Made by a program: the position numbers and the translations under genes. From Selaginella moellendorffii (taxonomy: Eukaryota; Plantae; Lycopodiophyta): a stretch of 64,000 bases of DNA. The stretch covers positions 2,236,597 to 2,300,596 of the forward strand of contig NW_003314273.1 in NCBI RefSeq assembly GCF_000143415.4, read 5' to 3'. Shown piece after piece: positions 46,816 through 61,905 of the stretch. Within the stretch, counting starts at the first letter, position 1. The number at the start of each line of letters is the position of its first letter. The notes beneath the pieces were generated by a model. That model searched no databases and was not told where the DNA came from. It was given only the letters and a program-made list of their open reading frames with translations.

Positions 46816-49785
46816 TTACATGCTCGCGGCTCTCTCGAGCTCCAATTCTTCCTCCGCCTGAGAAGAGATTTCCAAAACAGAATGAGGACGATCGGAAGTA
46901 GCAAACTCTAGAATGCTTTACCTGTGTCTCCAAGTATCGCACAAACGCGCCGTCTCCACGCAAGATCTTGGCACCCGAGCCACTGTTCTCGGGAGTTCCT
47001 ACTGATGCTTCGTCGATCACCACGGCGTCAATGCGCTCCATCGCGCTCTGGGACTCCGGGATCTGGAGAATAGCTAAAAAGTGAGGAGAAGAGAAAAGAG
47101 GGAACGTTAAACGCACCTCAAACATGGCATCGGTGAGGATCTGTTCCATGAGGGAACGTAGGCCACGAGCACCTGTGTTCTTGGCCATTGCTTTCTGAGC
47201 AATCTTTCGCAGTGCACCATCCGTGTAATGTAGTCGCGCCTGAAAGAAGAATCCATCACCGTGTAGAGAAGTTTTGCAAAGAAAGCACGGTGTACTTACG
47301 TTGTTCATTGCAAACATTTTCTTATACTGCTTCCCAAGAGCGTTCTTCGGCTCCACTAGAACCTGAAAAGCAAGGCCGTCCGTCAGAACTTGTTTTCTGT
47401 TGTAGAAGTCAAGTTACCTGCACAAGCTCGTCTTCTGACAACGCTGCGAGACTTACAAGAACAGGAAACCTCCCAACGAATTCCGGAATTAATCCGTATG
47501 CTATAAGATCGCTACTCTCAACCTGTGTAGAGCACCGGTCAGATTGGGTAAGAACGTTAGTTTAGCACCTTCTCAAGAAGTGACGATGTTACAGCCGCAC
47601 TAGAGGGGCCACCAGCCCTCATATTTGCTCGGACAGGTGCTCCAAAACCTATCGACGAGTCCTGTCTCCTGAAAACAATCTCATTGTGAGCCGATGTTCA
47701 AGTTTTCGAAAGATAAACCTCTCAGAAACTGTCTTTTCCAGATCAACGAAAGCCCCTCCACATATGAACAAAATATCTTTCGTATCCACCTAAAAACAAG
47801 ACAGATTGTAACGGTTATTCACTCAAAAATAGACGACCGCACTTGCCTGGATATGATCCCCGCGAGGATGCTTTCTAGCACCTTTCTCGGGTACATTGAC
47901 AATCTGCAGGATAATCACACTAAGCTGGCAGTGGAACAGTAGAACTAACCGTTCCTTCAAGCATCTTCAACAGAGCTTGCTGAACGCCTTCGCCGGAAAC
48001 GTCCCTACTTATGTTGAGACTCTCCGCCTGTGACGACAAAAGGAAAAAAATTTGTCAAAACCAAATTTGACCAGGCAGAAAAGCAGTACCTTTTTCGTTA
48101 TTTTATCAACTTCATCGATATATACAATGCCCTGCTGAGCTGCTGGAACATTAAATTCCGCAGCCTGGTAGAAAAAAGAAACCAACATCTGAAGCTACAA
48201 GAAATAAAAAGTAATGTACCATCAAAAGTTTGTACAGAATCGACTCCACATCCTCCCCGACATATCCTGCCTGCACACAGAATTATTATTTCACGAACCG
48301 GGAGAGAAAAAAAAGTCCAAACCTGCGTTAGAGTGGTTGCGTCCGCAATAACAAAAGGAACATTTACAAATCGTGCAAGGGTCTTAGCCAACAGCGTTTT
48401 TCCTGATCACGACAAAGAGAGGGGTGATCAAATTACCAAACAATTTAGCAAGAACACTCAACCTCACCTGATCCTGTAGGACCCATGAGAAGAACGTTGC
48501 TCTTCTCAAGCTCCACATCGCTGTCATCTCCTTCATCGTCGCTGCCAACAAGTTGGTCCAGTCAGTGCTCAGAGGATCACAATCATGAAAGAAAAAGCAA
48601 AAAACGGAAAAGAAAAAAGAAAGAAAAACAAAAATCAAACAAATATCTACCCTTCAGACTTGTAGTTATTCTTCTTCGTCGTCTCGTAGTAAATCCGCTT
48701 GTAGTGATTGTATACTGCAACCGAGAGCACCTACAAATACAAAAACCAACGCAGCCATTAGCGACGTCTCGAAGCGGCCGAAACAATAAATAAGAAAGAT
48801 CTCAATAGCTCACCTTCTTGGCACGTCCCTGGCCGATGACATACTTGTCAAGAGCATCACAAATCTCCTTCGGCGTGGGTAATTCCTTACCCAAGTTCGA
48901 GCCACCCCAAGTGTCCTTCACACCGTACGAACCACTCCCTCCAGATCCTCCTCCCGATCCAAGCTGCGCTCTCACCAAGTTGGTATTGGGAGGATACGGC
49001 GGGCACGGTGGCTGAGACATCGCTACCACCGGAGGCAAATTCACTCCAGCGCCCTGCTGCCAATGCTGTGGATTGTCTCCATACCTCCTCGACCCTTCAC
49101 CACTTGCTCTATCAAAATCAAACGGTCCTCCTCCAGTAGCCTGGCTCTCACTTAGAACCAAAGACTTGCCCCGCCTCGGAAACTTGTTCTCCAGATCCTT
49201 GAGTACGTAGCATGGCACCGGGAGCGACCAGTATGCTCCACAGTTCGGGCAGCAGCACATAGACTCGGCCACTTTGGACGAATCCTTGCCGGTTCCTCCT
49301 CCCTGTTGCAAGCTGCCCGATATAAACACCGGCAAGCTCGACGTAAAAGTGAGCGTCAAACCGGTCAGGCAAGTCGGGCACCGAGAAGAGGCCCTGAAGC
49401 TCCAACACCGCTCGCCCTCCTGCTCGACCAGCGAATTTTGCCTCTTCTTATCCACAGCATCGCTGACAGGAGTGGAGGATGGCGGCGATGGGGGTATCAC
49501 CGATTTCTTCCTGCCTCCTTTGGGCAATCCCATGGCGCCCCCGGGATTTAGCTCGTCGCCCTTGTGCGTCGTCGATACCGCGGGAGTGGTGTGGAGCCAG
49601 GCTGAATTGGAGAGCCCGAATGGATTGCCGAAGAGCGCCGGGCTCGCGGCGGCATTGCATGATACGGATTGATAGGCGCCCGATTCTCGAGAAATGCTGG
49701 CATCGGGTCTCGAGACGTACACCAGAGCGAACCTGGCGGCCGCAATATCGCTCAGCTTCCTCCACCGCGTCAGACATCCCGCCAT
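46816..49785 (-). CDS. CLPX: ClpX ATP-dependent Clp protease regulatory subunit (probably mitochondrial)
   Basis: CPTC/CPNC zinc motif, [27 protein letters not shown]|[37 protein letters not shown] and TGARGLR. Many short introns. Confidence 0.94.
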
Positions 49786-50903
49786 AGCACTTCTCGAGCT
49801 GCCGGACAAACCCTACGTGCGCATTCTCGGCTGGGAACAGAAAATCCGTGAAATTCTGGATCCCGATGGAGCTGCCAATCCGGGAGGGAAGAATTTCGAG
49901 CGAAATGGATCTAGAGCCCCGATCTTGACGAGAAACTGGCCGAATTCCTAGATTTTCCTGGCGGCATCGATCAAATACCCCACCTGGCCATCGCCGCGAC
50001 AAGATTTGAGACGACGCGCCAACGCTCCCAGACGCCGATGGGGATCTAATAATCCAGCCCTCACAAGAAAACTCCTCTCTTTCTCCTCCTAGCCCAAGAG
50101 AGAATATTCAGTCAGTGAAAATGGGTATATTCACCGCCGTTCAGTTCATGCATGTCTTGGCCACCGGCACCAGGCAGTCATCCGGTAAATCACCTCGTCT
50201 ATTCACCGTTTTACTAGCGCTCGATCTTATCCACATACCGGCTGCCGCCGGTGTTTTGCGGCCAGCTCCGAGTCTCCGCCATGTGGCTCATTGGCCACTG
50301 TACATACGATTAAAAGATAATGGCGTGGTTGGTACATGGTTTCCAAAGGATATGAATGTTCCAAATGATTTTCTTGCGCCATACTCCATGCCCGATGGCC
50401 ACATTTTCCGTGCGTACGGAGATTTGACCAGCGTTTACTTTCCATTCCAGTGGAGAAATCTCCGCCTCGAGCTGCTGGCCGTCGGATGCGCTCCTCCCAT
50501 CGTGGCCGCCCACATCGTCACAATAAAATTAGTGTGGAACCAAAGAAGGGTTCCGCCATAGCCGATCGGGGAGGAGGACAAGGGCGCCGCGCCGATGCTC
50601 GTCGCCGCCACTGCCGCTGCCGCCGCGCCGATCTCGATCTCCACCGCCTCGCCGCCGCCGCTGCCGCCGCCGCTGGAGCACAGGATTTCACAGCCGGAGC
50701 AATCCCCGGATCGATCATGTTCTCCCCGGAGCGGCAGCAGCAGCGGCAGCAGTGAATCGAGGGAAATCTCACGAGCACAGGCAAGTGTGTGGGCTTTGCG
50801 ACTGCTAGATGCGTAGGCCGGGGGAAATCTCGAGCAAGAAGGGGTTTTTGGGGAGCACACCCTAAAGAAGGGTTTTTGCTTGTTACCACCAGGCAGTCCA
50901 GAC

Positions 50904-52507
50904 ATGGTCAACATAAAGCTCAAGCAATTAATTCGCAAGCCGTCGTCCAGGAATGATAGCAGCATTGAGTCCTCGATTGGCGCTCCAGCTCCTCATCCAG
51001 GCGGTATAATGCCGGGCTCTACCAGTGTTCCTTCCAATCCTGGCTCTCGGTCTTCGTCTTCCTCCTCCGGGCCGGTGAATGGGCTCCTCCCACTGACCAA
51101 CTTTGAGCCGCTGCCGCTCTTCCGCGACGTTCCCAGCTCCGAGAAGCAATCGCTCTTCGTGAAGAAGCTACATTTGTGCTGCTGCGTGTTCGATTTCACT
51201 GACCCCTCCAAGCACACGCGAGAAAAGGAGATCAAGCGGCAGACACTCCTGGAGCTCGTCGACTACGTCACCTCGGGGTCGGGCAAGTTCACGGAGAACG
51301 TCCTCGAGGACATGACCAAGATGGTGTCGGCCAACTTGTTCCGGAGCCTGCCACCCTCGTCCCGCGAGAACAGTGCCGTGTCCGAGAGCTTTGACGAGGA
51401 CGAGGAGCCGGTCATGGACCCGGCATGGCCGCATTTGCAGATCGTCTACGAGTTCTTACTCCGCCTGGTGGTGTCCACCGAGACCGACGCCAAGGTCGCC
51501 AAGCGCTACATCGACCACTTCTTCGTGCTGCGGCTGCTGGATCTCTTCGACTCGGAGGACCCCCGAGAGAGAGAGTACCTCAAGACCATCTTGCATCGGA
51601 TCTACGGCAAGTTCATGGTCCACCGCCCCTTCATCCGCAAGGCCATCAACAACATCTTCTACCGGTTCATCTTCGAGACGGAGAAGCACAACGGCATCGC
51701 GGAGATGCTGGAGATCCTGGGCAGCATCATCAACGGGTTCGCGCTGCCGCTCAAGGAAGAGCACAAGCTGTTCCTGGTGCGAGCTCTGGTGCCGCTCCAC
51801 AAGCCAAAGTGCGTGGCCATGTACCACCAGCAGCTGTCGTACTGCATAACGCAGTTCGTGGAGAAGGACTGCAAGCTCGCGGACACTGTCATAAGAGGGC
51901 TGCTCAAGTACTGGCCTGTCACCAACAGCCAAAAGGAAGTCCTCTTCTTGAATGAGCTGGAGGAGGTACTGGAGGCGACGCAGGCGTCAGAGTTTGAGCG
52001 CTGCATGGTTCCCCTGTTCCGACAGATTGCCCGCTGCCTTAATAGCTCCCACTTCCAGGTACACATTCTCGTCTTTAAAGTTATTCTTCCTTGCCTTTTG
52101 ACTCTCTTTTCCGGTTTTTTTTCTTTCCCCAGGTAGCGGAACGAGCACTCTTTTTGTGGAACAACGATCACGTCGTGAGCTTGGTGGCACAGAACCGGCA
52201 GACGATACTGCCACTGATCTTCAGTGCGCTGGAGATGAACAACCGGAACCACTGGAACCAGGCGGTGCACGGGCTGACTTGCAACGTCCGCAAGATGTTC
52301 TCGGAGATGGACCCGGAGCTGTTCCAGGAGTGCCAGCGAAAGTTCCAGGAGGACGAGGAGAAATCCAAGGGGATCGAGGAGAAGCGCGAGATAACGTGGA
52401 AGCGGCTCGAGGCGGCTGCGGCCACCAAGGCCGTGAGCTCCGAGGCCGTGCTGGTGATGGGAATGGCACCGTCGTTTAACCAGCAGAGAACCATGGTAGG
52501 CGTCTAG
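50904..52507 (+). CDS. Protein phosphatase 2A B' (B56) regulatory subunit, 2 coding exons
   Basis: Exons 50904-52058 and 52133-52507. [35 protein letters not shown] and SHFQ|[11 protein letters not shown]. Confidence 0.96.
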
Positions 52508-52993
52508 AAGATCGAGCCCAGCGTTCCCTGTTCTTGTTGGAGGATCTATCTCCACTGACCGGCTGCCCTGTAAATCGCCACCAATCCAGAGAACCAGTCC
52601 CGGTGTACACAAAAACCAGTAAGTTCGTCCGAGAGAACCGGTCGGTGTCGATGAACCAGAACTTGAGAAGAATACTGCGGCTGGAGTTGCTTGAATATTT
52701 ACTCCTGTTTATTGGTTGTTCTGTGTGTGTTTGTAGAAAACAACGCTCTCTCCCCTTTCTATACGAACCATCCACTTTCTATACGAGCCACTGCTTTGCC
52801 GGAAAATTCTTTCTCTGTGCATTATTTTCTTCGGGAAAAAGCAGCAGCCATTTTGTTAGAAATGAGCTGCGAACTTACAAAAGAATACCTTGATCCGTAT
52901 TTACAGCACAGGTGCCAGGGGTTGATGGAAGGATGGAGAACAAAACTTGGTCGGTCGATCGATCTGTTTGTTTTTCTTTTTTTTCTTCTTGGA

Positions 52994-55512
52994 CTACTGG
53001 ATGTTGCACTCCTGCAAGTAAGGATGATCATACTTCACGTACCTCGACCAGTAACCTTTGAATCTCGAGAGTCCAATTTCTAGCCAAGGTTTAAGGTTCC
53101 CATTGTAGTGGACAACGGCGGCAGCGTCGATATCCTCGGGCTCCACACCGGGGTTGTAACCGAGTCCCAGGACGTGCCAGGATTTGTCGAGCGGGTACGT
53201 GAGGTTGTAGAAGGTGATGAGTCCCGGAGGCAAGGTTCCCAGCTTCCAGAGTGTCCTATCCTTGTTCTGCAAGAGAAAGAGCTTAGCCACATCGTTTTAG
53301 ACTTTCCAAAAAACGCTTACCATCGTTTGCCACTTGTGGTAGATTCCTGTGATGTCGCGCTTCTTCCACTCCTCCAGGTCGAAGATGTTCATCCCGTAGG
53401 CCCAGCCACACGCGTTTGGATCGAAGTTCCTTGCGATGTGAGGATTGGAGAAGTTGAGGTACTTGTCGAATCGATGGAAGCTGGCTCCACAAGTCTCCAC
53501 TGCACCGTTCACCTTGCCATGGAGGTCCACGGACCACAACGGAGTCAGGTCCTTTTGCACAACGATGTCGTCGTCCAGGAACAGGATCTTGCTCAGTCCC
53601 GGGAACACCTCCGGAAGATAGAACCTGAGATGGTTGAGCATCGACAGGTACTTGGGGTTCCGGTACTTCAGATTGGACGTCCCAGAAGTTACGCTCGTTG
53701 TCTGGTCCGGTTTGAAGTAGTAGTCCTTCATCGCTGCGGATTCCAGTTGCCGTAGGACGGGACAGTAGGAAGAATTGAGCCACGTAAAGTCGTCGATATT
53801 TTGGACGTGAATGGTGGCGTTGCCCGGGGGATTGTCCAGAAACCACATCTTCATGGCCCCGAAATTTAGGCGGTCTGTAACCAGATGAAACACATGCTTG
53901 TCGGGTTCCTGCACAAACCAAGACACACAAGTCACATGTCTTTACAACTCCTGAAAAGTAAATGTACGTACCTCGGCGTGGAGGACAGTGGAATTGACCA
54001 CCACTGCTGCTGCAAGGACGTTGTCCGAGAAGAGCGCATAGTGATACAAGTCGTCGTCCTCGAGCTTTTCCCGGTTCGGGAACTGACGCTCATCTGGGGG
54101 CAGTACATGATACTGTACGTTGAGGCGCAGCGAAAGGCAATGCAGGCCTTTCGGCATGGTCTTGGCAGCAAGCTGGCTCAAGAACGCACTTTGCTTCCTG
54201 AGTGAGCGCGCGTAATCTTCAGCTCCATGCAGCATTGCTCGCAAACCTTTGACTAGAGAGTTACAGTCGTAATTCTGCTGCCTTGCCTTGGCCAAAACCT
54301 GTCCCATGGCACGGATTTTATCGGGAGCACTGCAAGATAGAGACGCTAAGTTCCACTCGTAAGGTACTGCAAGGAAGAAATATTACCTCCGTGGTAGCTC
54401 AGCATCAATGGTTGCGTCACCCACGACACGCTCGCTGTCTCTGAGACGTATTCTCAGATCGCGAAGAAGCCTCTGATTGTTGCGAGCCTGAGCAACCCCA
54501 ATGTATGCTCTGGCCATAATCACTTGATCGCGAATCAATCTGACCAGGGAGTCTGAGTTTTCGTTTTCATCCCGCCTCCAAATGCTGTACTTGCCGAGTA
54601 TCGCCCCATCCACAGCTTTGGAGCGTTTGATAGCTTCCTCTTCCAGGCGTGCCTTTTCTCCTTCATCCTGCTGGAGAAGCTCTGTCAGCCTTTTCTCATG
54701 TCTACGCAGTCTCAGTTGCTGCAAATCGAAAAATAAAGTGTGCATTTCAACATGCAACCAGATATGCAAACATTGTCAATCTGCGTAGACTTTGGGAGCT
54801 TACCTTTCGGATCTCAGCAGCTGGATCGGTCTTTACTTGAGAACTCTCGTCGGCAGTAGCGACAGTGGTATTCACATCTTCTCCATGAGGCAGGTTTGGA
54901 TTCACCACAACCTTTCCCTGGTCCTCAGCTTCCGCAGTTTTAACATCCTCAACAACGTTCTCCTGAACAAAAATAGCAATAGAATTGTACAAGCTGTAGG
55001 TGGCATCCCCTATTTATTTACCTTCTTCGCGACCTCTTTCTCCGAATTCTCACGTACTAACGAGGACGAGTGAGATTCCTCGGAGTTTGCTATTATAACG
55101 TCGAGTACCTACATGCACGAAAAAAAATGGATCTCTTGCCATAAGAATCTCTTGCCTAACTCCTCACAACCAAAAGACTTAAAACTTACTTGATCCGCTA
55201 CACTGGCTTTCTGCCCGTTACGCGAATCATCCTGGAAGTCGAGAATTAAAACACGGAACAAATCTACAAAGCCAAACTCACATTGCTGGTTTGCGGCAAT
55301 TCGCTCTTCCCTGAGTAGTTAAGTTAAAACCCCACGATAAGCAAAAAGAAAAAGATCTCACCAAACGAAGTGCTGAAGATCGCGATTCTTGGCGCAAGGA
55401 AAATGAGTGGAGCGATCATAGAAACCGCAAGAAGCACCCCCACAGAGATCCGGAACTTATCATTCCTCACGCGATGCTGGGGACCTGCCGCTGGCCCTCT
55501 TTTGGATCGCAT
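52994..55512 (-). CDS. GAUT1: Galacturonosyltransferase (GT8), GAUT1-like
   Basis: N-terminal TM segment, GKYSIWRR..NSDSLVRLIRDQVIMARAY, HYALFSDNVLA, SMLNHLRFYLPE, FLDDDIVVQKDL and VHYNGNLKPW. Confidence 0.92.
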
Positions 55513-58159
55513 GGTAGTCACTACATGTGTGATCTCCTCCTTTCACCGGCGCTGCTGGAGCTAGATCCAGTGATCACGAACCCTAGCCTGGAACAGTAGG
55601 GGCCTCTTCCCTCTCTCGCCGGAGACAATGCCCCCGAAATACCCCCGACGAGGATCAATACCGAGAATGCTGCTGCGCAAGAAGATCCAGGCCACGGCTG
55701 TGCGCAATCTGGCGCTGGGGAATGCCGATTCCGAGCGGGGAGAGAGGCTGGGCTGCAAATCTTGGCGAAGACGAGGAAGAACCAGCAATGTGGAGCTCCC
55801 GGCACCGCCGCAGCCAAGCGGCGTCACACCTTTGCCCTAAGAAGCGCCATGGCTGTGCCCCCAGCTTCGAGCCTGACGAAGAAATTTCCACGCCCAGAGA
55901 AAAATGCAGGTACGTGTGGGAGAATATTCTCTTAGTCAGTGCACGAATCTGTTATTTACATTTTCTCCAAACTAGGTACTTTTCTTACTAGGCAAAATAC
56001 GTTGTGTAAGCTGATCTTGCGAATGGTCCAGATGCAAATTAAATGTGCTTTGGCATTATATGGCTATATTCATTTTCTTATTTTTATTATGTGGTTCAAA
56101 ATTGAATGTTGTTATGTGAGTGCATGGAATATATATTAATTAGCCCAAAAACCTTATATATGAGTGGTTCAAATTAAAATCAATCTAATAGTTATTAAAA
56201 TCCCATTACGTTAATATTAATATATGGCATTATAGCAATACATTTGGACTTCATATCATCCCTTCCTCTCGAAATGATGGAAGATAATCAGGATTCTATA
56301 GTGAATAGACCAGGATATGAAGGAACATCAGAAGAAAGCATTGATGGATATGTAAGTGGTGTTAATTGTTTTTGATCCCTTTATATGAAATGTTTTAGCT
56401 ATTGTATATGTATAATTTTTAGAGGATCAGCTTATTGAACATCATGTTGAACTTTATAAACTTGCAACTCAACTTGCCGCAACACTCGATACAGTCCCTT
56501 CCACTAAGAAAAAAGCCTCTTAAATAAACCATATACCATAGGATTAGGAAAACAAACTAATACTAAGTCATTCACTTTGTACTCCGTAGGTAGACAATAG
56601 TGGGAATTATAGTGCTGTTATTGCCCCACTTGTATGTGGCTCAAGTGTTTATTAAACTTTGTTTAGACCAGTGGAAGAATGTTTGTTAAATATTAATCCC
56701 AAAACTTAACATCGGTAGCTCGTGGCAATCGCAAAGGTAAACTCAACTCTGTTGGTAGTATCAGATTATGACCATAGAGGAGTTTATATAGTGAAGCACC
56801 AACAAAACTCTACACCTTTGTGATATACACATATAAAAAAAATAGCAAATAACCATCCCAATTTGAATATTGAAAATTTATGTACTTTGTTATTATCCCT
56901 TTGAAGGTCCGAATGAGCCATTTCACCAAACTATCAAACTATGGATGATAAACACTTGTGAAAGTGTGCCATATCCTCAATTGAGATGTTAAGATGTGAA
57001 ATGCATCAACTATAAATATGGGACTATTATCCAAAGAATTCGCTCTAAACATAAATACTAGAACACCACTCGATTGAGGGGGAAATATTCAACAACAGTT
57101 GTAGATGCACTAACAAGAGCTCCGACTTCCATCAACGAGGTATGTAGTTAGAAGTAATAATAACATACTCATTGCCAATAGTCGATTGTGGAAAATGCCC
57201 TATTAGATTAAATGCTACCAACTCAAACGAACAAGAAATTACAATTGACTATAGCCATCCTTTCGCAACACAAAGGGGAGTATTATAAGCTTGGCATCAA
57301 ATGTAGTTATGCATATATCGGATATTAAGTTACATCTCTACCAATAAAAAGACCTGTACAGCTTTTTAGTCACACAATACTAATCTATATGCCCATCTAT
57401 AATAAGAAAATCATGGTATGTGTGGAGAAAGCATGGAATAAAGATCGAAGGCACTATTAAATGTAAATAATCATTAACAAATGGTCTTCCTCAAGGCAAT
57501 ATTGAGAATATAAATACCAAAATGATAAATTATTAATAAGTGATACAAAATTCTCAAACTCATTCACAAAACTTTCGGATCCATAATTTAACCTTTTGAG
57601 CTTTGTCAAAAGAAGGTAAATTTAAAATAATAAGCTCATTAGAAACATGAAATAGAGCGAAGAAGGAAGAGGAGCTCAAGAAAAGGCATTAGCATTAACT
57701 ATAGAACTCCCTGGGTAATGAACAACATTAAAATCATATATCTGAAGCTTCAAAGTTTACCAAGCAATACGACCAACCAAGTTCTTCTGCTTCAATAACA
57801 AAGTAACTATAACATAATCATCTTCTAGTAATGTTTGAGAACTATGTATGTAGGTATGAAGTTTTTTGAAACCTTAAATTGCTGCTAAACACTCTTTTAT
57901 TGTGGAGTAGTTCACCTTTATGAGTTGTAACGTACACCTCATGTATACAATAGGATGACATTGACTAGGCACACTTAGATTCTCTTGCATTAACATGCCT
58001 CCAAAACCGATATCAAAAGCATCTATGTGCAAAATAAAAGGTCAAATATAGTCAAGACATGCCAAAACTAGATGAGTCATTAACAATTCTTTGAGATCTG
58101 TAAACGCCTGCTTACAGTCCATGGACTAAATGAAAGATGATATTAACAACTTCAATTAT

Positions 58160-58750
58160 ATGTAAGTAACCAAAGTGAACAATTTGAAAGATGATTTATA
58201 AGGGTTTAAATATAAAGGGAAAAAGCCCATGAACAAAAGTGTACCCCTTTTTTCAATCGGTTTTGGGATACTTGGGGTTAAGTGTTTTTGGGTTTGAATA
58301 GGGGTTAGATGACCTTCTGGGAAATTTAAATTTAAGATATTACATTTGGTATTAAAGAGGTGTTATGTTCAATTTTGTTGGTTAGCTAATGGAATTGCAC
58401 AATATATTGATTGAAATTTAGTAGGTCCAATTTGCGTTGGCTAGGCTTGACTCGAGGGGTAGGGTGTCAAAAGAGTAGAACTCTTGGGAGAGTGGTGGCT
58501 CTTAGCTTCCATTCACGAGGGCGTGAACTTGTAAGGAAACATGGTGGATTATAAAATCCAAAGAGAATGACTTTAAAAATGATTCATAAGGGTTTAAATA
58601 TAAAAGGAAAAGGCCCATAATAAGAATGCACCCTTTTTTCCAATCAGTTAATTGTTTGATCCTTATGGTTAAGTGTCCTTGGGTTTAAATAGTATTGGGT
58701 TGAGTGACCTTTTGGGAAGTCCAAATTCAAGAACTTACATAATGTTTGCA
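58160..58750 (+). repeat. Two copies of the AT-rich repeat module also seen at 4.5-7.0 kb
   Basis: aagggtttaaatataaa..gaaaa.gcccat at ~58201 and 58589; cattcacgagggcgtgaac at ~58510. Confidence 0.75.
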
Positions 58751-58859
58751 ATAGGATAGTACAATGAAAAAGATGATCAATGAAATGGTTGAGATATTGC
58801 ACTTTGCCTAAAACGTGCTATACATTATATATATATTTTAGAGTAACAGTTAGAATTTT

Positions 58860-60420
58860 ATCAGGATTAACTTACAAAGTTTTACAAGAAACACAGTATC
58901 CAAGATAAGTTGTGTCCTCGAACATAAACTGATACTTCAATTGCTTTAGCTTTAAATCAATTTTTCGCAACCAATCCAACATCTTACAAACATTATTAAA
59001 CAATGCTCTTATGACTTTCCGGTGGATGATGAATGAGGTTCTTTGTGATATATTAGGGTTGATTATTGACTTCATTGATGTTGTCTTGATCCACTTTGAG
59101 GGGATGTAAGAAGAGCATATCTAACCAAATGATATCACCAAAAACTTATAGAAACAAAAAGTGTATGAAAATCAATTTTGGGAATATCTTCCTCGGCTAT
59201 TGGCACTTACTAGTACTTAGAAGCAAAACTTCTCCCCAAATGATTTAGGAGATCAGTAATGTGAAGAAGACGGTACATATTTGGGATCGTCACTTTGTTT
59301 AATGAGTGATAGTTAATGCATAAATGAATACTCCCATCAAACTTCATCACAAGATGAAGTTCACATGCCTAAAAACTCTATGACTTTTGAATAACACCTT
59401 TTTCCAATATATCCTTGATGTTTGCATATAAAATTTTGATCTCTTTTGGTGATCAATGATGAACAGAAATCTTAATTAAACAAGCATCTCCAATTGAAAT
59501 AGGATAATAAGGTGCAATCTTGATCCTAAACAACAAATCAAATTTAAAGAGATCGACATACTCCTTTATGAGTTGGTTAACCCTTGCAACACAAAAACCA
59601 TCGAAGGGATTAAAAGAGGGAATAGAAGAACAACACAGAAATATAGGAAAAATAATAGGGAAACAAAAATGATGGAAGTAGAGATAGAAGAAAATGGATG
59701 AAAGGGAATGAAAGTGAGAGAAATAAAAAAAATATAAAAAAATATAAGATAAAGGGAAGAAGCCTCAAAATCACACTTGGTATGATTGTATCGTAACCAA
59801 TCCATACCAGGGATGAGGTCTAAAACTTGATTTGGCACCACCTATAATGACTGCAACTCAAGCTTGAGATTGCTAATATGCACAACTAGGTTTTCCTTAT
59901 CTCGTGTATATATATGTGTATGGCCATTGCCATAAAGAATGAAAATTAGCTCTGCAAATATAGATTACAATGTATGGCAATAGGTCAAGCAATAGAAGAT
60001 ATACTCGAGATTGTATCAACCAATATAGCAAGAATAATAGAAGACCTGGAAAATAAACACTTGATGAATTAGTATCGAGTGAACCCTTTAATGATACTCC
60101 TGAAAGAAAGATGAAAGAGTCACTAACTTATTGGCGTAAGAACCCTCCGCTACTCATGTAATTCCTTGTTTCTTAGAAACATCTCGGTATCTAAACCTTC
60201 CATTGCAATAGCACCAATAGAACATTGTTAATGCCAAGGTTTCCAACTAGGAAATGGAGGTCGCTAATTTGGAAAATGCCAACAACACCGATAAGTATGA
60301 CTAACTTCATTATATGCTCAACAATGGATATCACAGCTACAACTATGTCTTTGCCCTTGAATTTGGGCAGCAACAGCATCAACCTCTAATGGAATAAAAC
60401 CATTTCATACAAAAAGTAGA
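58860..60420 (-). mobile_element. Degenerate Ty3/Gypsy pol remnants
   Basis: DLIPGMDWL (retropepsin-like), IKDILEKGVIQKS and LKLKQLKYQF..TYLGYCVS (RT-like), and LPKFKGKDIVVAV (integrase-like), with many stops. Confidence 0.7.
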
Positions 60421-61711
60421 GTTAAAGGATGTGCAATGAAAAGTGGAAGATGTGATATTTTATAACATTGTACTAAGAAAAGAGCATTGTCAAGGGTGGC
60501 TGAAACAAGTGCACGCACAAGTTCCATAAGATCTTAATAAAGTGCTAACTACAACATTTTCAATTTGATTCATTCCAACATATTTGGCTTTGCACGAAGT
60601 AAGAGGTTTCGAAAGTGAATGCCAAATTGCATCATTGACTTAAATGGTCCTTGATGAAAACGATGGGAAGGCATCATCATAATCATTGGCATGTCCAAAT
60701 GTGTGTTGTTTGAAGATGTCTAAGAAAATGCTCCAATCTTTATAAATAGCTACACTTAAACCATTATACCACTACAGTGTCATCTCTTAGAGACACATAG
60801 AAAACTCACACAAATGTCAAGCATCATCCAAAGAATGATATGTGGCAATCACCATAAAGTGATCGAATTAATGGTACACATCATCCTCAAGATTCTCATG
60901 GAAAAATTCTGCCTGGATGTAAGGATTAATAGTAAGAGCAGAAGAAGTTATACCACATGCCGTGAATGCCACCATTAACTGAGTGTAATTGTTTAATTAC
61001 AGCTGCATGGCATCAAGCAACTACACCAACTGCTACTCCAAAGTCAAAAGAGGAGAAGGCTACTGCTTTGCCATGAAGATGAAGGAAAAAGAAAAATCAA
61101 AAGAGAAAAATTTGAAAAAGCTAAAGATTTAAACAATATAAAAGTTAAATTTAAACCAAAATTCCAAATTCAAGCACTTCTCAGGGACAATCAAAGTTGC
61201 CCCTCTCCTCCACCAATATGAGTGCATGGAATATAGAAGTTAGATTTTCTCCAAGAACTTTATAGCCTTGGAGAAGAGTAAATGATCTTTGCTACCATGA
61301 ACTCATGAAATGAAGACTTAGAAACTTACATGGAAAACTAATCTTATAAAAATATCATGGTTTTAAATGTAAGTGCTAAAAAAGTTTATTTCAATTCCAA
61401 TTTTATAATTATGCTTTGAAAGAATCAATGTTATACATGGCTGAAAACCCATATGTATGGGAGATTGTTAGAAAAAGTGGTAAAACATAAATAATTTTTT
61501 AAAAATTTCCATTTATAGAAATCAGCTATATTTTTTCCAAATATTATTCTGAAAATAAATGTGAAAATTAGAAAATAATCAAATATTTTTGTATAACTAA
61601 TTATAAGATAGTTTTAATTTCAGTTAATTTTTTTTACCATTTTTGGTTTGCTTCAGCAAACCTGTAGGGAAGTGGATATACCTAGAAGATGCTTGGATAT
61701 TCTAGGATATT

Positions 61712-61905
61712 TTACCATCTAACGGTTGTTATTCATTTAGATTAATCTTGTATTTGTAATTTATAAATATGTTTATAATTTATAAACTTTCTTAAACACT
61801 TTCTAGTAATTTTTTATTCTACCATCTAATGGTTGATATGAAATAAGATTAATCTTGTGTTTATAAATTATAAATATGTTTATAATTATAAAATTTTATT
61901 TAATC
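61712..61905 (+). repeat. Tandem duplication, ~108-bp AT-rich unit
   Basis: taccatctaa.ggttg.tat...agattaatcttgt.ttt.taa.ttataaatatgtttataatt occurs twice. Confidence 0.7.

Noticed and set aside
51659-52612. 317-aa minus-strand ORF
   Set aside because: Antisense shadow of the PP2A B' coding sequence.
53108-53930. Two 215-aa alternative-frame ORFs
   Set aside because: They overlap GAUT exons in other frames or the other strand and show no recognisable motifs.
56250-58130. Possible decayed transposon coding region
   Set aside because: Stop-riddled and AT-rich, with no diagnostic motif identified.
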